Assembly: GCF_008189525.1 (NCBI RefSeq) | Contig: NZ_CP043314.1 | Span: 180,001-212,000 of the forward strand | DNA: 32,000 bases | Direction of reading: 5' to 3' | Source of the DNA: Candidatus Saccharimonadota bacterium | GTDB lineage: Bacteria > Pseudomonadota > Alphaproteobacteria > CAJXXZ01 > 1604HC | Part shown: in pieces, positions 1 through 10,219 of the stretch | Position numbering within the stretch: position 1 is the stretch's first letter | Layout: each line of letters opens with the position of its first letter | Translations under genes and position numbers: made by a program | Notes under the pieces: generated by a model | Told to the model about the DNA's origin: nothing | Databases searched by the model: none | The model's input: the letters and a program-made list of their open reading frames with translations, nothing else

Positions 1-1289
1 CTTATATAAACCATAAAACATTAACAGAAAAAGGATTTGACAAATCTGATATTGGTAAGTTGGAAAAAGCTTTGGCTAATTCTTTTAGTATTTCTCAGGC
101 ATGTTCAAAGTGGACTATGGGAGATGATTTTTGTAAAAGATTAGGAATAGAAGGTAATAACATATTGGCTGAATTAGGCTTTTCTGATGAAGAAATGGGT
201 GCTTGTAGTGAATATGCTTGTGGTACTTCTTCTATAGTAGGGTGTCCTTACATGAAAGAAAGTGATTTGGCAGTATTTGATTGTGCTACACATGGAGAGA
301 GGTTTGTATCTTGGGAAGGTCATGTAAAAATGATTGCATCTGTACAACCTTTCTTGTCTGGAGCAGTTTCTAAGACTATAAACATGCCTAATAATGCGAA
401 TATATCCGACTGTGCAGAAGCATATAGCTTAGCTTGGAAAATTGGTGTGAAGGCAATAGCTCTTTATAGAGATGGATCTAAATTAAGTCAGGCATTGAAC
501 TTAACAGGATCATCTTCAACTTATTTGGATGATGAAGAATTAAGCAATGAAGAAGATACTTTGAAAAGTGTAACTAATGAAGAAAAAGACACAAAACTAG
601 AGAGAGGTTACAAAGAAAAAATTCCATACAAGAGAAATGGATATACACAAAAAATCAATATATCTGGAGGATATTCTTTCTATCATACAACTGGTGAAAA
701 TGAAAAAGGTGAGCTTAGAGAGATCTTTACTAGTGGAATGGGAACTGAAGGAGCTTCTTTCAGAAGTTTGATGAGCTGTTTTTCAAAAGCTATTTCTATA
801 GGATTGCAATATGGTGTACCTTTGAAAGAATTTGTAAGTGCATTTAAATTTACTAAATTCGAGCCTTCTGGAATTATTAATGGTCACGATGAGATTAACT
901 TTGCAGACTCTTTGATAGATTACATATTTAGAGATTTAGAAAGTAGATATGGAAAAAACAATGTATCAAAAGATTTTCAGCATAATGTTAGTTTAAAATC
1001 TAATGATGCAAGTGCATTTAAAGGAAATGGTAGTATAAATGTGAATAATAGCCAATCCAAACCTCAAAAGAGTAATAATCTAAATCAATCAGATATTAAA
1101 AATAAAAATGATTTAAGTGGAGATGAAAAAGGTAGTGGGTTTGATGCTAAACAGACTGTAAATAAAGCAGAACAAACAAAGCTTGGTTACACAGGGGATA
1201 TGTGTGCTCATTGCAAAGAATTTTCTATGCGTAGAGTAGGTACATGTTTACAATGTGACAAATGTGGATCAACAAGTGGATGTTCTTGA
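1..1289 (+). CDS. nrdJ: Class II (adenosylcobalamin-dependent) ribonucleotide reductase, C-terminal part; the 5' end lies outside the window
   Basis: Frame 3 is open from the window edge: YINHKTLTEKGFDKSDIGK precedes the TTG that the ORF track shows as M. It contains TINMPNNANISDCAEAYSLAWKIGVKAIALYRDGSKLSQAL, the hallmark class II RNR block. A TSCPD-like segment follows (GYTQKINISGG...GASFRSLMSCFSKAISIGLQYGVPLKEF...FEPSG), then a Cys-rich tail CAHC...CLQCDKCGSTSGCS. Stop is TGA at 1287-1289. Confidence 0.85.
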   Translation, partial: YINHKTLTEKGFDKSDIGKLEKALANSFSISQACSKWTMGDDFCKRLGIEGNNILAELGFSDEEMGACSEYACGTSSIVGCPYMKESDLAVFDCATHGERFVSWEGHVKMIASVQPFLSGAVSKTINMPNNANISDCAEAYSLAWKIGVKAIALYRDGSKLSQALNLTGSSSTYLDDEELSNEEDTLKSVTNEEKDTKLERGYKEKIPYKRNGYTQKINISGGYSFYHTTGENEKGELREIFTSGMGTEGASFRSLMSCFSKAISIGLQYGVPLKEFVSAFKFTKFEPSGIINGHDEINFADSLIDYIFRDLESRYGKNNVSKDFQHNVSLKSNDASAFKGNGSINVNNSQSKPQKSNNLNQSDIKNKNDLSGDEKGSGFDAKQTVNKAEQTKLGYTGDMCAHCKEFSMRRVGTCLQCDKCGSTSGCS

Positions 1290-1483
1290 GATAGTTCTTA
1301 TCTAGTTCTGTTGATCTGATATTTATAAAATATTGTTTTGTTAAAAGTTAATTATAAAAATAAATTGCTTATTATATAGCATTTCAAGTGGTTAAAATGT
1401 GAGTCAATATGTAAGTGAGTTTGTCTTCATATTAAAAATATCCACCAACATTACTATTCATAAGTATTAATCAGCATTTTTGA

Positions 1484-2608
<1,125 letters not shown>

Positions 2609-2920
2609 AAAATAGAGTAAAAATATTTCTAGAAATAAGAATTTAGTAGTTATTCTCAGATTTTAATTAACTAATAATAAAAATTAAGGTAAAGATTGTT
2701 AATTTGGCGGATAATAAGAAAAATCATAAAAAAATTACATGAATTTAATTACATTATTTAATTTTAATTTTAAACTTATTGATTAAGTTATTAATCAAAC
2801 ATGCTTATATTTAAGTTAATTATCTCTCAGTGATGTAATTCTTATTTAAGTATTATAAATCTTACGCTCATATTTTCTACCAATGGCATTTATATGCTTA
2901 AAATATGAAAAGTTTCAAAA

Positions 2921-2926
2921 AGGAGG
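2921..2926 (+). promoter_or_regulatory. Shine-Dalgarno AGGAGG serving the ATG at 2932 (family copy A)
   Basis: aaaAGGAGGgattcATG: a perfect AGGAGG lies 5 nt upstream of the second in-frame ATG. The upstream ATG at 2905 has no comparable site. Confidence 0.6.
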
Positions 2927-2931
2927 GATTC

Positions 2932-3753
2932 ATGTTTATTTTAAAAAATATAATAAGAATTTCAAAATTTATTTTTCAAACACAAATTATTTTTTTATTC
3001 TGTTTTAAAATATACTCTAAAGAAGTTATTTTTAATAGAGAGTATGAAGGGTTAAGTAATGGGTTTTTAGAATCTATGAACGCCCAAGCTGATTCTTATA
3101 CTAAGCAAAACCCAGAATCAAAAGAAAGATATGACGAATTTATTGAAACACTAAGAAAATCTTTAATAATAAGCGATGATAATGAAAAGATTGTTCAATT
3201 GCAATGTACGGCAAGAGCATTTTGCAGAGTAAAAGGAAATGATCTTGTTTTATATTTAAATACGCATAGATTCATAAAAGAAAATGCAAACGATGAAATT
3301 CCTGAAGAAGAGGGCTCAGGCATGACATTTAGATCCATATTACTTCCAATTAGTGATGCCAGATCTAAAGGGTATTTAGGATCTTATGATGGGCAGGTTT
3401 TTATAACTGTCCATGCTTTTCTTGACAATATGGATAAGATTAAAAAAAGTACAGTTTCTTATACAGGAAATAATTTTAATACTCCAATTATTATTCTAGA
3501 AAAAGATGATTCTAGTTCTGGAGATTATAAATATTTCACTATAAAGAATGGTTTATTAGATAGCTTAGAAAGCTTTAAAGATCAAGAAATTGAAATTGAT
3601 CCATTTATTTTTGTTGCAGATTATAGTGCTAAGGATTTTGTAACAGAAAATTTATTTAGGTCTGATATTATCAGACAAACAATAGAAAAAGATGGAGATT
3701 ACTTTGATTATAATAACGCAAAAATAAAATTAACTAATATAGATGGATTCTAG
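2932..3753 (+). CDS. Signal-peptide protein, copy A of the five-member C-x5-C paralog family (function unknown)
   Basis: Long ORF in AT-rich, stop-rich DNA with a strong SD. The N-terminus is hydrophobic (MFILKNIIRISKFIFQTQIIFLFCFKIYS). Conserved blocks shared with the other copies are YDEFIETLRKSL, LQCTARAFCRVKGNDLVLYLN (Cys codons 3205-3207 and 3223-3225), FRSILLP...GQVFITVHAFLDNMDKI and IEIDPFIFVADYS. The ORF track starts it at 2905. Confidence 0.8.
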   Translation: MFILKNIIRISKFIFQTQIIFLFCFKIYSKEVIFNREYEGLSNGFLESMNAQADSYTKQNPESKERYDEFIETLRKSLIISDDNEKIVQLQCTARAFCRVKGNDLVLYLNTHRFIKENANDEIPEEEGSGMTFRSILLPISDARSKGYLGSYDGQVFITVHAFLDNMDKIKKSTVSYTGNNFNTPIIILEKDDSSSGDYKYFTIKNGLLDSLESFKDQEIEIDPFIFVADYSAKDFVTENLFRSDIIRQTIEKDGDYFDYNNAKIKLTNIDGF

Positions 3754-3919
3754 TATTGGTACAGACTTGAAATATAGATTAAATTTTTTATTTAAGCAGA
3801 AATTTAATTTTAATTCAATTTTCCCATTTAAGTTTTTGCACATTTAAAATACTTCTTTTATCTAGCATTTTGGTTTTATTTGTTTGCAGGAATAACTTAA
3901 TCTGCAGATATTATGTATA

Positions 3920-4345
3920 ATGTTTGCAATGTATAATTACTTAAATTATTTTTGTGATCTGGTGAACTACGTTTTTGTTTGCTTTCAAGGTGTATCCATA
4001 GATTTGAAATCAATGCTTATGTTTGTATTATTAAATAGGAATAGAGCTAAAAATATAAAGCTATATTCAATATACACTGTTTATATTTTACTTAATTATT
4101 TTATTACAAATAATTTATTCATTTTCGATATTTTATTTGATTTTATTTCTGCATATATTGTACAAGCATATGGAATGAAATTTTTCCACTTTTTGACAAT
4201 GAGGAGTATATATTTTTTGATATCAGGATATTTAGGGATTTCTGCTGGTATTCTGTTGCAAAACTATTTATGTACTTATTTAATAACTATGGTTTTTTAT
4301 ACCTGTTTTTTGAATATCCGTTTAAAAATAAAGGCTTATAAATAA
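3920..4345 (+). CDS. Small polytopic membrane protein; possible MreD by position only
   Basis: A 141-codon ORF is unlikely by chance in DNA this AT-rich, where stop codons are frequent. It is very hydrophobic with several predicted TM segments and ends 5 nt before the mrdA ATG at 4351. No sequence motif that I can tie to MreD. The start is uncertain and has no clear SD. Confidence 0.45.
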   Translation: MFAMYNYLNYFCDLVNYVFVCFQGVSIDLKSMLMFVLLNRNRAKNIKLYSIYTVYILLNYFITNNLFIFDILFDFISAYIVQAYGMKFFHFLTMRSIYFLISGYLGISAGILLQNYLCTYLITMVFYTCFLNIRLKIKAYK

Positions 4346-4350
4346 CTTAT

Positions 4351-5991
4351 ATGGAAAAGAACTACAAATTAAAAGTGTTTTTCATTTTTCATTCTTTGCT
4401 TATATTTTGTCTTTTTATTAGGTTTTTTTATGTACAAGTGTCTAAAGGTAAGAAGTACTTCGACATGTCTATGAAGAATTTTACTGTAGAAAGGAAAATA
4501 GAACCCCCTAGAGCTATTTTTTGTGATAGGAATAACACTATAATCGCTGATAATATACATAAATTTGATTTGATAATTTCTACTAATAAAAGAAAAAGAT
4601 ATTTAGAAATAACAAATAAAATAAAGGAATTTATTCCTGATATAAAAATTAATAAGTATAATTTCTCGCACATTCTAAAGAGAAATATAAACTGGGAAGA
4701 GCTTTGTTTAATAGAGAGGTTAGATATACCAGAGGTATACACAAAACAAGACTATAAAAGGGTATATATATTTAAATCTGTTGCAAATTTGATAGGGAAT
4801 TTGGTTACAGAAAATAGAAAATTAAGCTCTGGATTAGAGTCATTTCTATTAAATAAAATAAAAGGAAAAGAAGGAATTGAACAAATGAAAGTAAATGCAT
4901 TTGGTGAGATTTTATCTAGAAAAGCAACTTTGAATCCAGAACAGAATCCTCCTGTACAGCTTTCTATATGTATGAGCATGCAAAATAAAGCTTATGAATT
5001 GATTTCTGAAACTAGAATAGGATGTGTTTTGGTGACAGATTTGAAAACTGGAGAAATCCTTGTTTCTGCTTCTCATCCTTCTGTGGATACGAATAATTTC
5101 AATCAAGATTGGAACGATCATATAAAAAACAGAGACAATCCTTTGTTAAATAGAGTTTCTTCAGGATTATACCCAATAGGATCAATAATGAAAATCTTTG
5201 CGACACTTTATTTGCTAGAAAATAATATAGTTGATGAAAATACTACTGTAAATTGTGATGGAGAATTTACATTAGGAAACCATACATTTAAGTGTTGGAA
5301 ATCTCATGGGCAGAATATAAATTTACAAAAAGCTATATCTGAATCATGTGACATATACTTTTATACTATGTCTAAGAAGGTAGATTTAATAGATTATTTG
5401 AATTTTCTCAGAAAATTGGGATTCCAATCAAAAATAGATGTTATGCATAATGAGAAAAAAGGTTTTTTCATAGAAAAGAAAAGATATTACTTATATGAAA
5501 AGCTATTAACTTTAATCGGGCAAGGTTTTTTTCAATGCACTCCGCTAGAGCTTACCTTAATGATGAATAGATTTCTTAGTAACTCAAATCTAGATCTTAA
5601 GATTTTAAAGAATGAAAATTCTGAAATGAAATTTGAAAATAATGATGAAAATGAAAAACCGCTTTTTTCTGTTAAGAATATAGAAATGTTGGGACTTGCC
5701 ATGAAAAATGTTCTTCAAAAGAGCAAGGGAACGGCACACTATGCTTGGATCATAAATAAGAAGCCAGATATGGGTGGGAAAACTGGTACTGCTCAGGTTT
5801 GCAGGCTTTCGAAAGAAGAATATGGATTAAGCATACATAAGAAGAAATGGGAACGTAGAGAGCACAGTTTGTTTTGTGGATATTTGCCATCAGATAATCC
5901 TAGATATTGTATAACTGTAGTTACTGAGCATGATAATTTAGCTAAAAGCATAGCTATAAGATTATCAAAGTACATAGAATCTATTTTGTGA
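4351..5991 (+). CDS. mrdA: Penicillin-binding protein 2 (elongasome transpeptidase)
   Basis: N-terminal TM anchor (LKVFFIFHSLLIFCLFIRFFYV). Active-site SxxK is in GSIMKIF. Also present are the SCDIYFY region, IGQG...TPLEL, and KTGTA (the KTG box) near the C-terminus. Length and layout are typical of class B PBP2. Confidence 0.88.
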   Translation: MEKNYKLKVFFIFHSLLIFCLFIRFFYVQVSKGKKYFDMSMKNFTVERKIEPPRAIFCDRNNTIIADNIHKFDLIISTNKRKRYLEITNKIKEFIPDIKINKYNFSHILKRNINWEELCLIERLDIPEVYTKQDYKRVYIFKSVANLIGNLVTENRKLSSGLESFLLNKIKGKEGIEQMKVNAFGEILSRKATLNPEQNPPVQLSICMSMQNKAYELISETRIGCVLVTDLKTGEILVSASHPSVDTNNFNQDWNDHIKNRDNPLLNRVSSGLYPIGSIMKIFATLYLLENNIVDENTTVNCDGEFTLGNHTFKCWKSHGQNINLQKAISESCDIYFYTMSKKVDLIDYLNFLRKLGFQSKIDVMHNEKKGFFIEKKRYYLYEKLLTLIGQGFFQCTPLELTLMMNRFLSNSNLDLKILKNENSEMKFENNDENEKPLFSVKNIEMLGLAMKNVLQKSKGTAHYAWIINKKPDMGGKTGTAQVCRLSKEEYGLSIHKKKWERREHSLFCGYLPSDNPRYCITVVTEHDNLAKSIAIRLSKYIESIL

Positions 5992-6229
5992 AATTTGAGT
6001 ATAAAATTACTCTATATTAATTTTCCTACATAAAAAAATTACATAAATGAAATTGTTTTTAGTATAAATCCCAATTACAGTATGATTTCTAATTATCGTG
6101 TTTTTTATTTTTACCTTGCTAGTTTTGGATTATAATTAAAACTTTCTTTTTAAAAAGATACTATAAATTGATGTGAATGATTTTTGTAAATATTTTAATA
6201 TAGGAATTTTTAAGAATTTGTAAACAAAA

Positions 6230-6303
6230 CGAGAGTGACGGGACTCGAACCCGCGACCTTCGGCGTGACAAGCCGACGCTCTAACCAACTGAGCTACACC
6301 CCC
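6230..6303 (-). tRNA. tRNA-Asp (anticodon GUC)
   Basis: The reverse complement reads GGGGGTG TA GCTC AGTTGGTTA GAGC G TCGGC TTGTCAC GCCGA AGGTC GCGGG TTCGAGT CCCGT CACTCTC G. This folds as a cloverleaf with a 7-bp acceptor stem (two G-U pairs), D arm, anticodon loop TT-GTC-AC, a 5-nt variable loop, and a T arm identical in sequence to the E. coli tRNA-Asp T arm as I recall it. Discriminator is G. CCA is not encoded. Confidence 0.93.
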
Positions 6304-6525
6304 GTTTGTATAAGAATCATACATTATAGTTTCTTTTTTTAAAAGAGTATAAGAGATTTATTGTAAAAATTTGGTGGCTTTTTATGTTGATTTATAGATG
6401 TTATTTTTTGTAAAATCCTTCAATGTTTTACTGAATAATATTACATTTTATATTTTTAATAGGCATTTAATTCATACCTATTATCATATATTAGAATTTA
6501 ATATTAGAATTCATTTCTTATAAAA

Positions 6526-9228
6526 CTAACACTCTTGTTTTTCTAGGACTTTCTTACACCTTAAGCAAATTTCATCCACTTCTTTAAGAATTTTCTTGCA
6601 TCTCCCACATTTACTTCCTTCAGCTCTCTTTACAGAAACTTTCACATCATCAATTCCTTCTAATGAAAATAGACTTTCATCTACATCATCATTTATTCTA
6701 GAGCATTGCATTTTGGAAATTATACATATTTCTGTAATGTGATCTATGAACCTCATATCAGAATCCCTGAAATAAACAGTTACATCTGACTCTAAGCTAG
6801 AGTTTATTTCCTTCTTTTCTCTTAGAATTTCAATTGCACCTGTTACAACGCTTCTTATATCTCTAATTCTTTTCATTTGTGATAGTAAATCTTTATTTAG
6901 CCATCGTGTTTCAGCTTTTATTTTTTTAGATTCAAAAAAACTACTATCATATCCTAATTCTGCCCAAGCTTCCTCAGTAGCAAATGGTATGAATGGAGAA
7001 AGCCACTTTAATATGAATTGTAAGATTATACTTAAAACATTTCTGACAGAGTTGGGAAGTGTTTCTGTTGGATCATCGCAATATAATGTATCTTTTCTTA
7101 TGTCGAAATAAAAAGCTGATAAATCTACTGTGCAGAATAAATACACTTCTTTCAAAAATTTATGTATTGAGAAATTTTTACATGATTTATCAAATGACTG
7201 ATCTATTTCGTAAACTTTACTTAAAATCCATTTTTCCAAAAATGCCATTTCACTATAATCTGCGATTTTATCAACATATATTATGTTTCCAATTAAAAAT
7301 TTTATTGAGTTTCTAAGTCTTTTTTCTATATCTTTTACTCTGTTTAGATGTGAGTTATTCCATTTAAGATCTTCTGTATAATCGTGGTCTGCTACCCATA
7401 ACCTTAAAGCATCAGGTCCATATTTTTCTATAATATCCATTGGGTCTACACCATTTCCAAGAGATTTAGACATTTTTCTGCCCTGTTTATCTGTTACAAA
7501 TCCATGTGTTACAAGATTCTTAAACGGAAGCACAGCTTCATCCCTGCATGATTGTAATGTACTAGACTGGAACCATCCTCTATGTTGATCAGACCCTTCA
7601 AAATACATATCTGCTGGGAATCCTATGTTTTTCTTTAGTACATATGCCTGACTTGCTCCGGATTCAAACCATACATCCAAAATATCATAAGCTGGGATAT
7701 ATCCAGGGTATTCTTTTGAAATTTCTTCTGCATTTGTCCACCATGAATCAAGCCCATTTTCGCTTACATATGATCTTATTTTTTCTAAAACTTTTTTGTT
7801 TTTTAGAATTTCTCCTGTATCTGGATTGTACATTATGCAAATTGGTATTCCCCAAACTCTTTGCCTAGATATGCACCAGTCTGGCCTGTTTTTAAGCATG
7901 GAAACGAATCTCTGCTTCCCAGACTCTGGTATCCATCTTGCAGAATCTATAGAATCAAGGGCTCTTTCTCTTAAATCTTTTATTTTCAAAAACCACTGAG
8001 GAGCTAATCTGTAAATCAAAGGTGTTCTTGATCTCCAAGAGTGAGGGTAAGAGTGTACGATATTTTCATGAAAAATTAACTGTCCATTATTTTGTAAATG
8101 TTCTATAGATAGTTTTTCTACTTCTTTTATATTTTTACCCTTAAAATGTGTTTTAGTAAAAAATCCTTTTTCATCTATTAAATTTTCTATGAGTAGATTG
8201 TATTTTTTACCTGCATGAAAGTCTTCTTCACCATGACTTGGAGCAGTATGTACCAAACCTGTACCTTGATCTAATGTTACATGCTCTCCAAAGATTAATG
8301 GAATATTATAATCGAACCCTATATCATTCATAGGATGTGCACAGATACAATTTTTTAAATCAGAGGACTTTATTGTTGTGATTTTAGAATATTCTGTTAT
8401 ATTTGTTTTTTTCAAAAAATCATCGCAAATGGATTCAGCTACCACTACTTTTCTTTTTTTATTTGATAAATTTATTTCTAGAATAGAATAATCAAAATCT
8501 CCATATGATATTGCTCGGTTTGCTGGCAATGTCCAAGGTGTTGTAGTCCAGATTATAATTTCTGAATCTTTTAATTCTTTTACAGAAGTTTCTAGAACTT
8601 TAAATGCAACATAAATTGCGTTGCTTTTCTTGTTCATATATTCTATTTCAGCTTCAGCTAAGGTTGTTCCCTCATCGCAGGACCACATAACTGGTTTGTT
8701 TTCTCTGTATACATAATCTTGCTCTACAAATTTATGGAATTCATCTAAGATAGACATTTGGCTAGATTTATCCATTGTTTTATAAGGGTTTTCAAAATCA
8801 GCTGTGACTCCCATTTTCTTAAACCCATCCATTTGTACATCTATCCATTTATTGGCGAAATCTTTACACAGTTCTCTAAACTTTTTTATAGATATATCAG
8901 ACCTGCGTTTTCCTTGTTTTTTTAAATCAGATTCTACAGCAGATTCTATTGGTAATCCATGGCAATCCCATCCTGGTACAAAAACTAGTTTCTTTCCATT
9001 CATGATCATCATTTTGTTGAAAATATCTTTCATGATTTTATTTACAGCATGCCCCATATGAGGGTTTCCATTTGCGAAAGGAGGTCCATCATGCAGAATA
9101 AATGGTTCTTCATTTACTTCATTTAATATTTTGTATAAATCAATTTTATTCCAAAAATCTATGGATAAATTATAATCTCTAGGAATCAGAGAAAATTTAG
9201 TTTTTGGCAATAGTACCGGATAAGACAT
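6526..9228 (-). CDS. ileS: Isoleucyl-tRNA synthetase
   Basis: HIGH region is PPFANGNPHMGHAVNK; KMSKS is present as KMSKSLGN. There is an editing-domain-sized insertion and a C-terminal zinc-ribbon CGRCKK...CLRCKK. The first M in the track is a TTG (9229-9231); the ATG is at 9226-9228. Confidence 0.95.
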   Translation of the reverse strand: MSYPVLLPKTKFSLIPRDYNLSIDFWNKIDLYKILNEVNEEPFILHDGPPFANGNPHMGHAVNKIMKDIFNKMMIMNGKKLVFVPGWDCHGLPIESAVESDLKKQGKRRSDISIKKFRELCKDFANKWIDVQMDGFKKMGVTADFENPYKTMDKSSQMSILDEFHKFVEQDYVYRENKPVMWSCDEGTTLAEAEIEYMNKKSNAIYVAFKVLETSVKELKDSEIIIWTTTPWTLPANRAISYGDFDYSILEINLSNKKRKVVVAESICDDFLKKTNITEYSKITTIKSSDLKNCICAHPMNDIGFDYNIPLIFGEHVTLDQGTGLVHTAPSHGEEDFHAGKKYNLLIENLIDEKGFFTKTHFKGKNIKEVEKLSIEHLQNNGQLIFHENIVHSYPHSWRSRTPLIYRLAPQWFLKIKDLRERALDSIDSARWIPESGKQRFVSMLKNRPDWCISRQRVWGIPICIMYNPDTGEILKNKKVLEKIRSYVSENGLDSWWTNAEEISKEYPGYIPAYDILDVWFESGASQAYVLKKNIGFPADMYFEGSDQHRGWFQSSTLQSCRDEAVLPFKNLVTHGFVTDKQGRKMSKSLGNGVDPMDIIEKYGPDALRLWVADHDYTEDLKWNNSHLNRVKDIEKRLRNSIKFLIGNIIYVDKIADYSEMAFLEKWILSKVYEIDQSFDKSCKNFSIHKFLKEVYLFCTVDLSAFYFDIRKDTLYCDDPTETLPNSVRNVLSIILQFILKWLSPFIPFATEEAWAELGYDSSFFESKKIKAETRWLNKDLLSQMKRIRDIRSVVTGAIEILREKKEINSSLESDVTVYFRDSDMRFIDHITEICIISKMQCSRINDDVDESLFSLEGIDDVKVSVKRAEGSKCGRCKKILKEVDEICLRCKKVLEKQEC

Positions 9229-9362
9229 CAAAGAAATGATACATCAAAAAAAATGAAGGACAAGGTTTATAGAAATTTTAGCTGGTTAATTCATTTATAG
9301 TATTTAGATAATAGGCATTTCAAAGAGTGATTAATAACTGCTCTTTTAATTTCTTCTGATTT

Positions 9363-10142
9363 TTATGCTGATTCCTCTTCTTGCATCTCTTCCGTTTCTT
9401 CAGACCTCAAATCTATATTATCTTTTATATTTTTCTGTTCATAAAGTTTTGTTCTTGAGAATTCTTTTAGTTTATTTATGCTTTCACTATATTCAGCTAA
9501 GTTATATAAAGGATCTATAAATAAGTAATAATCATCTCCGAGCTTATTTGCCATATCATCTATTGCGTATTCATTCGCATAAAGGAAAATTTTAGTTCCT
9601 TGATCTATAAATATGTAATTGTATTTATCCTGAAGAATTATTTCTTCAGTGCATTCAAATAACTTTTCAAGATTATTTATAAAAGCATCTAACATGATGC
9701 ATGTTTTACCTTCTATTACCTTTAAGTAAGGTTTTATAGCTTCCATGTCTAATGATATATATTTGAAATTAGGCTTATACCCATCATTTGAGCTTGGTAT
9801 ATCAGAATTTTCGTTGTGATTCATAAAATTTACATACAAAGTTACTTTGTTTCCAGAATTTACCCTACAAAATGCATTTCCAGTACAGTGTAACTTTTTT
9901 GATAATTCATCAGATTTTGATCCAATAGTTTTTTCTACAGTGTCTATAAAATCTTCGTAAGATTTCTTTTTAGGGTCGTTAACATCTTTTTTATCAGTTT
10001 TTTGTTGCAGATCTTGTACAAAACTAGAAACACTAGAACCAAATTCTTCATCAAAAGTGATTTCAGATTTGATATTTAATGTAAAACATAAAAAAATTGA
10101 CAATATATTCCTTGTTTCTTTGCATATTGATTTATTTAACAA
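9363..10142 (-). CDS. Signal-peptide protein, copy B of the C-x5-C paralog family (function unknown)
   Basis: TTG start with GGAGA 6 nt upstream; there is no in-frame ATG near the N-terminus. Hydrophobic N-terminus is ILSIFLCFTL. Family blocks are YEDFIDTVEKTI, LHCTGNAFCRVNSGNKVTLYVN (Cys codons 9885-9887 and 9867-9869), FKYISLD...GKTCIMLDAFINNLEKL and YLFIDPLYNLAEYS. It is closest to copy A, with shared E[VI]xF...E[YF] and N[DS][ED]IP. Confidence 0.75.
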   Translation of the reverse strand: MLNKSICKETRNILSIFLCFTLNIKSEITFDEEFGSSVSSFVQDLQQKTDKKDVNDPKKKSYEDFIDTVEKTIGSKSDELSKKLHCTGNAFCRVNSGNKVTLYVNFMNHNENSDIPSSNDGYKPNFKYISLDMEAIKPYLKVIEGKTCIMLDAFINNLEKLFECTEEIILQDKYNYIFIDQGTKIFLYANEYAIDDMANKLGDDYYLFIDPLYNLAEYSESINKLKEFSRTKLYEQKNIKDNIDLRSEETEEMQEEESA

Positions 10143-10219
10143 AATAATTCTCCATTCTTATTTATATACCTAATTGTAAACTAAATATTGCTTATATAGA
10201 ATTAGAAATTTATAATATT

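Noticed and set aside
6136-6324. 62-aa ORF on the minus strand
   Set aside because: It reads straight through the tRNA-Asp gene (6230-6303). The GGVAQLVRASA-type peptide is the usual artefact of translating a tRNA.
6143-6346. Similar AT-rich elements flanking tRNA-Asp: TTTCTTTTTAAAAAGA (6143-6158) and TTTCTTTTTTTAAAAGA (6330-6346). Considered as terminators or insertion-site duplications.
   Set aside because: They are not identical. They are almost pure A/T, so chance expectation is high at this composition. The CTTTTT/AAAAAG palindrome has no loop, so it cannot form a terminator hairpin.
7059-9061. Several 67-85 aa plus-strand ORFs inside ileS. Similar short ORFs lie inside obg, mrdA, glyS, the HemY-like gene, dprA, topA, trxB and tyrS.
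   Set aside because: All are nested in or antisense to strongly supported conserved genes. They have F/L/I/K-rich composition typical of AT-rich non-coding frames, with no motifs and no SD.
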